This document shows positions 26,214 to 30,972 of a stretch of DNA of 30,972 nucleotides, piece by piece (positions within the stretch are counted from its first letter, which is position 1; each line of letters opens with the position of its first letter). Below the pieces are notes generated by a model. It ran no database searches, was not told where the DNA came from, and saw only the letters and a list, made by a program, of their open reading frames with translations. The stretch spans positions 1 through 30,972 of IMG/VR virus record IMGVR_UViG_3300030376_005550; one strand, 5' to 3'. The stretch comes from a virus (taxonomy: Duplodnaviria; Caudoviricetes). The translations under genes and the position numbers were made by a program.

Positions 26214-26915
26214 TTAGTAGCGAAGAATAAAGTCGTCTCTGAACCGACCTTTGCGAACATCGCGAATAGCGAATGATCCACTAACATCACGCGGGGAGAT
26301 GGCCCGAATAATACGACTAGCAAGTTGCTGACGCTCACGCTCAAGAGCAGAAATGTCAGACTCCTCTTTCATAAGCATACGGATTGCTGTCGCTACAACC
26401 ACATATTCATCATACCCAGGTATTACGTTCGTAATTGACGTAACGCCTGAGCCGTCGAACTGAGTGGCTACAGGAACATAAAACAATGTAATTGTTCCGG
26501 ACGTTGAGTTGTTGGGAATAAGCTTAATCTTAGTCCCTTCAACCTTATACATTGGCTCGGCCAATCGATCGATGACGGCATAAGGCGTATTGTAGACGTT
26601 GCGCTCAGAAAAGGAGTAAGCCCTGAGTGTCGACGTGATCCCCCCGGACTCATAATCAACACCCAAGGCCTTATAAAACTCGCCGCCGCCGTCAGAGGAC
26701 GTAGGCAGATTTTCACCTGCCGCCGCTAACGGAGCGGTATAGGTTTTTGTAGACACGAAATAGTCTTCGTAGCTTTTGACCATAAAGTCATGAAGCTCAG
26801 AGATGCTTGAATTCAAGTAATCTCTTATCTCTTCATCTGTTACGAAGGTGCTATTTACCATGTCGGCGCGGCGACGCGCACGAGTTCTTAAATCAGATTC
26901 AGTGAACGTCGCCAT
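26214..26915 (-). CDS. head-tail adaptor protein
   Basis: LRTRARRRADM...DEEIRDYLNSSISEL N-terminal helices and YDEYVVVATAIRMLMKEE; position between capsid and nozzle genes. Confidence 0.75.
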   Translation of the reverse strand: MATFTESDLRTRARRRADMVNSTFVTDEEIRDYLNSSISELHDFMVKSYEDYFVSTKTYTAPLAAAGENLPTSSDGGGEFYKALGVDYESGGITSTLRAYSFSERNVYNTPYAVIDRLAEPMYKVEGTKIKLIPNNSTSGTITLFYVPVATQFDGSGVTSITNVIPGYDEYVVVATAIRMLMKEESDISALERERQQLASRIIRAISPRDVSGSFAIRDVRKGRFRDDFILRY

Positions 26916-26925
26916 ACCCCACTCC

Positions 26926-27126
26926 TTACATGCGCATGTCTATGAAGTCATTCAGAGCTTCAACGAGTGCTGACCCGTCATCGCCCTTCATGGCATCTAT
27001 CATGCGCTTGCCCGCATCATCCATAGCCTTATCATAGTCTTCATCTTCAGAAGCCTCGGCATCCTTGCCTTTGGCTTTCTCAAGAATCATGACCGCAAGG
27101 CCTTTGCCTTTGCCCTTGCCCTTCAT
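26926..27126 (-). CDS. small hypothetical protein (basic N-terminus, acidic body)
   Basis: TGATG overlap upstream; 66 aa. Confidence 0.7.
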   Translation of the reverse strand: MKGKGKGKGLAVMILEKAKGKDAEASEDEDYDKAMDDAGKRMIDAMKGDDGSALVEALNDFIDMRM

Positions 27127-27515
27127 CAGCGTGTCACGCTGCTGTTCTTGAGGTCAAAGACCAAGAACAAAGTTGAGCCGTTTGATGGATCAGTTGCAGA
27201 TGCACCAGTCAAAGTTAAAACTTGAACTGTGCCGGAAGCGACAGCATCTACTTGGATTTGCACGCGAATATCTTCGCCCGCTGCATCCAAAAGTTTACCG
27301 TCAGCCCAAAGCAACTTATTGTAATTATCGGTGATGCTTGAATCACCGAAAGTTACAGTGTAGTCACCCGCACTATTCCGACCAATACTCTTAATTCCGA
27401 GGCTATTGTCAGAGACAAGTGTTGGCGCTCCTGAAGCGCCAATAGTTGCCTTGCAATAAAGTCTTTTAACTTCCCGATCATACGCCTGAAAGTTTTGGAA
27501 TCTTCTGTTAGCCAT
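27126..27515 (-). CDS. putative capsid decoration/minor structural protein, paralog 2
   Basis: SD GGAGG before the ATG at 27515; visibly similar to 27527-27910. Confidence 0.7.
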   Translation of the reverse strand: MANRRFQNFQAYDREVKRLYCKATIGASGAPTLVSDNSLGIKSIGRNSAGDYTVTFGDSSITDNYNKLLWADGKLLDAAGEDIRVQIQVDAVASGTVQVLTLTGASATDPSNGSTLFLVFDLKNSSVTR

Positions 27516-27526
27516 AACTTGCCTCC

Positions 27527-27910
27527 TTAGCTTACTTCGCCATCCAGGAGATAGAGGCAAAAGCTGAAATCGTCGCCGTTTGGAACGTCTGTTGGGGTGC
27601 CTGTGCTACCAACAACGCAGGTAATATCAACAATTGCTGTTGCTGCAGCTACATCTTCATTAGTAACCAGAATTGCATACTCAGCTGTGCCTCCACCAAG
27701 ATCATAGTGCATGGTGCTTGCATGAAGGAGACCAGTGTAAGACTTATCGAGAGTAATCCGATAAACACCAGTGCCAGTCCGAGCGATTGACCAACCAAGG
27801 CCAAACTTTGTGCTTACTGCACCAGAGCCGTCTGTTACATCAAGACGCCCCGCAACAACTTTTACGTCGCGGTTAGCGCACTCTAAATCAAAAAATGATT
27901 GACTTGCCAT
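27527..27910 (-). CDS. putative capsid decoration/minor structural protein, paralog 1
   Basis: SD AAGGAG; immediately after the capsid gene; SIARTGTGVYRITL beta motif. Confidence 0.7.
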   Translation of the reverse strand: MASQSFFDLECANRDVKVVAGRLDVTDGSGAVSTKFGLGWSIARTGTGVYRITLDKSYTGLLHASTMHYDLGGGTAEYAILVTNEDVAAATAIVDITCVVGSTGTPTDVPNGDDFSFCLYLLDGEVS

Positions 27911-27923
27911 TGTACTAATCTCC

Positions 27924-29129
27924 TTATGCTAGCTTAACGCGAGCGTTGTAGCCAGGTGCGGTGCAGCCAATGTTTCCGTAGAAACCAACTCGAACTTCGT
28001 AAGCGTCCGCAGATGCTTCACGAAGCATACGGTTGCCATCAAGGTCAAGAATGTGCGGTGCATCGCCAAGACTGTTTAAAGTCCAAGTATCCATCTGAAG
28101 CAAGTACGCAACATCAGGAGTGCAGTTTTGGTCAGCAACAATCTGAATCGGGCCTTTTGGTCCGATGATAGTAAGTGACTGAAAGCCGATATCAGCGTCG
28201 TCGCTGCTTACTTTGTCGTAAACAACCTTTGAGCCAAGAGCTTTCTCAAGGTTTGCAAAGTTTGCAAAGTTCATAAAGCAGTGGCTAGGTGATCCACCTT
28301 CGCGAGCGAGGCGGCTAGCTGCACCGATAAGTGCTTCTTCGATTGGCTGAGCAGAACCATCGAAACGGATACCACCAAGTCGAGTCGCATCTTTGCTTCG
28401 GTCTTGACTAAAGAAAAGAGTTGCCGATGGTGATGTTGCCGGAAGCCATGCTTCGAGACCAGAGATCTTCTTAGCAGAACCACCGTTTTGCGCATCGCCA
28501 CGTTGAAAAAGAGTGTCGCCGTTAGTAAACGCGCCAGCGTTATCTACGGTGAAAGTGCCTAGGTCACGGTCAACAGTTTGAACAACCATGGTTGTACCTG
28601 CGCGAATCGCACCGGTTGCTGTTGCCGAGCAGTTAAGCTCCATGCCAACTTCGATGTTGGTGATTTGATCAGGCTTGAGCATGGTCAAAGTGGTGCCCGC
28701 TACGTTAGCAGCTCCAAGTGAACCAGAGCCATCGGCATACATAGAAACCGCAAGAGATCGAGTAAGCGACTGGATAGCGCCGTCGATTTCAAGAGTTGCA
28801 TACTTCAAGAACGCATCTGCTGCGCCTTCAGTAGCCTTGATGGTTTCGCCGGTGATGCTAGCGAAAGAGTAGTCCTTAACACGGGTAAGAACGAACCGTG
28901 CAAGCTCAGTTGCAGTGTTCAGGCCTTGACCGGTTGAGAAGTCAGCAGAGCGTCGGTTTGCGATACCGTACTGAACTGGAACAGGCATGTTCTCACCGCC
29001 GAACCGCTCATACTTAGGCATAAGAGCGAGCAGTGGGTTGTCCTTGTAGACCATGTTTTTGACGGTAAGGGCTTTATAATGCTCCTTTAACGCCTGGGTA
29101 ACATTATCGAGATTTAATGAAGTTGCCAT
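27924..29129 (-). CDS. major capsid protein
   Basis: 401 aa after the scaffold; strong SD AAGGAG; HK97-like layout (NPLLALMPK, SITGETIKA, long spine helix, YGNIGCTAPG). Confidence 0.85.
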   Translation of the reverse strand: MATSLNLDNVTQALKEHYKALTVKNMVYKDNPLLALMPKYERFGGENMPVPVQYGIANRRSADFSTGQGLNTATELARFVLTRVKDYSFASITGETIKATEGAADAFLKYATLEIDGAIQSLTRSLAVSMYADGSGSLGAANVAGTTLTMLKPDQITNIEVGMELNCSATATGAIRAGTTMVVQTVDRDLGTFTVDNAGAFTNGDTLFQRGDAQNGGSAKKISGLEAWLPATSPSATLFFSQDRSKDATRLGGIRFDGSAQPIEEALIGAASRLAREGGSPSHCFMNFANFANLEKALGSKVVYDKVSSDDADIGFQSLTIIGPKGPIQIVADQNCTPDVAYLLQMDTWTLNSLGDAPHILDLDGNRMLREASADAYEVRVGFYGNIGCTAPGYNARVKLA

Positions 29130-29158
29130 AACTTACTCCTTATCGGAGCAAGTTTATC

Positions 29159-30121
29159 TTACTCCGAGCGAAACAGACTGGACCCGTACTTATCGACCAA
29201 CACATCTATAGATTGTTGGCGACTAAGCTTTCCGGGCTTATCCCCTGGCGCACGCTGCACCTGAGAATTTGTTAATGTTTTTGGTGGCGTTTTTTCGGAA
29301 GCCTGAGCTTCTTCTTTTGCTTGCCCCGCCTCGGGCTCTGTTTTCGCTGGAGCATATCGCTCTTTGAGTCGCTGCTCTAGTTTCGGCACTGCGAGATACT
29401 TTTCTGCTTCAGCCTCGTAGTAGTCCTCAACCATTTTAGCCGCATCGTCGTAGCTCATAACGTCTTGCGTGCTGTTGTAGTGCTCTTGCATTACTTCAGC
29501 GACGACGTGATAGGCGTTATTTGCCTTAACGAAGTCGAACTCACTTGTATTCTCCACGAAAGTTTTGATCTCGTCAACAAATGTCGAGTAAGTGTCTTGA
29601 TACTTCTTCGCCTCTTGTTGTTTTTGAAGCTCTGCTCGCTCCGATTTCATGGAATCAATCTCATCGCGAAGGCGCTTCATCTCCCCGGCCATCTTCTGCT
29701 CAGGGGTAATCTCGCCATCTTGCAGGACTTGTCGGCTAAGGGCTTCGTAATCTAGCCCTAGTTTCTGCATGACCTCGTAAGGGTTCTCACGCGCAAGCTT
29801 CTGTAGGTCATCATAAGACGAGACCGTACTTTTACGTGCATCTAGGTCTTGCTGAACGCGCTTCATTTCGTCGCGCTCTTGGCGTAGCTTTTTCTGCTCG
29901 CGAGCTAGTTGAGCAAATCTTCGAGAGAACGGGTCGGGCGCTGGTTCCGGGGGAGATCCTGCATCGCTGCTCTCCACTCCATCGTTATTATCATCCGCTC
30001 CAGCTGTTTCATGTGAAACACCGTCTCCTCCAGAGGGTCCTCCATCAACTCCTCCAGGAGATTCTCCCATATCAAGAACTGGTTGAACCTCTGCTTCTGC
30101 AACTTGACCCTCTTCAGTCAT
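29159..30121 (-). CDS. capsid scaffolding protein
   Basis: Acidic disordered N-terminus and coiled coils; lies between portal and capsid genes; SD AGGAG before the ATG at 30121. Confidence 0.8.
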   Translation of the reverse strand: MTEEGQVAEAEVQPVLDMGESPGGVDGGPSGGDGVSHETAGADDNNDGVESSDAGSPPEPAPDPFSRRFAQLAREQKKLRQERDEMKRVQQDLDARKSTVSSYDDLQKLARENPYEVMQKLGLDYEALSRQVLQDGEITPEQKMAGEMKRLRDEIDSMKSERAELQKQQEAKKYQDTYSTFVDEIKTFVENTSEFDFVKANNAYHVVAEVMQEHYNSTQDVMSYDDAAKMVEDYYEAEAEKYLAVPKLEQRLKERYAPAKTEPEAGQAKEEAQASEKTPPKTLTNSQVQRAPGDKPGKLSRQQSIDVLVDKYGSSLFRSE

Positions 30122-30131
30122 ATAACTCTCC

Positions 30132-30972
30132 TTAAACTGGCACACCTTCCATCGCGGCACCAGTTACTTGCGGGGCTGGCAATTCTGCTTCTGCCAACAC
30201 ATCAATGGCTTCCTTCGGCGGAGTCGCCGTAGGCGTTAGTTCGGTAGGTAGCGGACCACCGGCAACTGGGGTTTGACCTCCTGGCATGGCAGCGACAGGC
30301 GGTGCCGGTGGCTGAAGCAACTTAAAGCACTCCTGCATATAACGTCTCATGAGGTCTAAACGGTCTTCAGGGGCACCGTTTATCTTGGCCTCGATATATG
30401 CCCGCTGAAAGTACTGTAGGTGAAGCTGAAGATTGGAGAAAGGCTCTGGTGGATGGTACTTGCCCTTTTCCAGAATCTCTTCGACGAGCATTTCTGCTTC
30501 TTCCATTGGTGCTGTCGCCAACTTGTTGAACTGCTCGATATCAGGGAAATCCAGAAGACTGCGAGTCTCCGTCTTATCAATCAAGCCTGCTTGCGCCATC
30601 TCGATGACGGTCTGCAAACGTGCGGCTGGCGTGGTCGGGAGAAGACTCGCCGGATAAACTTTCATTCGGTACTGGTCTTCACGCAGGTCAATGTCAGACC
30701 ATTTGATTTTCTCAATGTCTTTGTCGCCGTACGAAATAACTTCGTAAGTCTTACCTTGCTCAGATACGTCTTTGGCTAGGTCAATCATCTGCTTCGCTAT
30801 TTCAAGAAACGCAGACTCATACGCCTGGCCAACGATTACAAAACGCTCAGTTTCGATATCGCTATACTCACGCAGAGCAACGCCAGACTCTAGGCCCGCA
30901 GGCTTGAGACTTGTTGCGGATAGCTGGCTGATACCAGAGATCTCATACGCACGGTTGTAGAGTCGGTCGAGG
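30132..30972 (-). CDS. portal protein, partial (5' part outside the window)
   Basis: Frame open to the window edge: YEISGISQLSATSLKPAGLESGVALREY...; P22-like portal tunnel/crown region with a Pro-rich tail. Confidence 0.8.
   Translation of the reverse strand, partial: LDRLYNRAYEISGISQLSATSLKPAGLESGVALREYSDIETERFVIVGQAYESAFLEIAKQMIDLAKDVSEQGKTYEVISYGDKDIEKIKWSDIDLREDQYRMKVYPASLLPTTPAARLQTVIEMAQAGLIDKTETRSLLDFPDIEQFNKLATAPMEEAEMLVEEILEKGKYHPPEPFSNLQLHLQYFQRAYIEAKINGAPEDRLDLMRRYMQECFKLLQPPAPPVAAMPGGQTPVAGGPLPTELTPTATPPKEAIDVLAEAELPAPQVTGAAMEGVPV

Noticed and set aside
27900-27960. Frameshift or readthrough extension of the major capsid protein
   Set aside because: No slippery heptamer near the TAA stop, and the next gene has its own strong SD.
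11950-30960. Many plus-strand and alternative-frame ORFs inside the structural genes
   Set aside because: Antisense or shadow frames of long, well-supported minus-strand genes, with no recognisable motifs.

Overview
The window is a roughly 31 kb piece of a tailed dsDNA phage genome with a short-tailed (podovirus-like) gene order; no host genes are visible. From right to left on the minus strand lie the portal (cut by the window edge), scaffold, major capsid, two paralogous small structural proteins, adaptor, nozzle, four likely ejection proteins, a multi-LamG receptor-binding protein, a lysis module and six very basic small genes. A plus-strand early operon (4005-9051) encodes small proteins, a Sak4-like ATPase, a DUF669-like SSB, a Cas4-like nuclease and a VRR-NUC nuclease. 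A divergent minus-strand arm carries an RHH regulator, a TOPRIM/AAA_25 primase-helicase, an iteron-like GTACAA repeat region centred on an IHF consensus, and an excisionase-like HTH gene. The most unusual signal is in the lysis module. The holin-like gene has an in-phase G GGA AAG slippery site with a stem-loop 6 nt downstream. A -1 shift would add 72 aa shaped like a YadA-type outer-membrane beta anchor, possibly a frameshift-made substitute for spanins. All family assignments come from reading motifs by eye, not from database searches. No terminase, integrase, tRNA or CRISPR array was seen.
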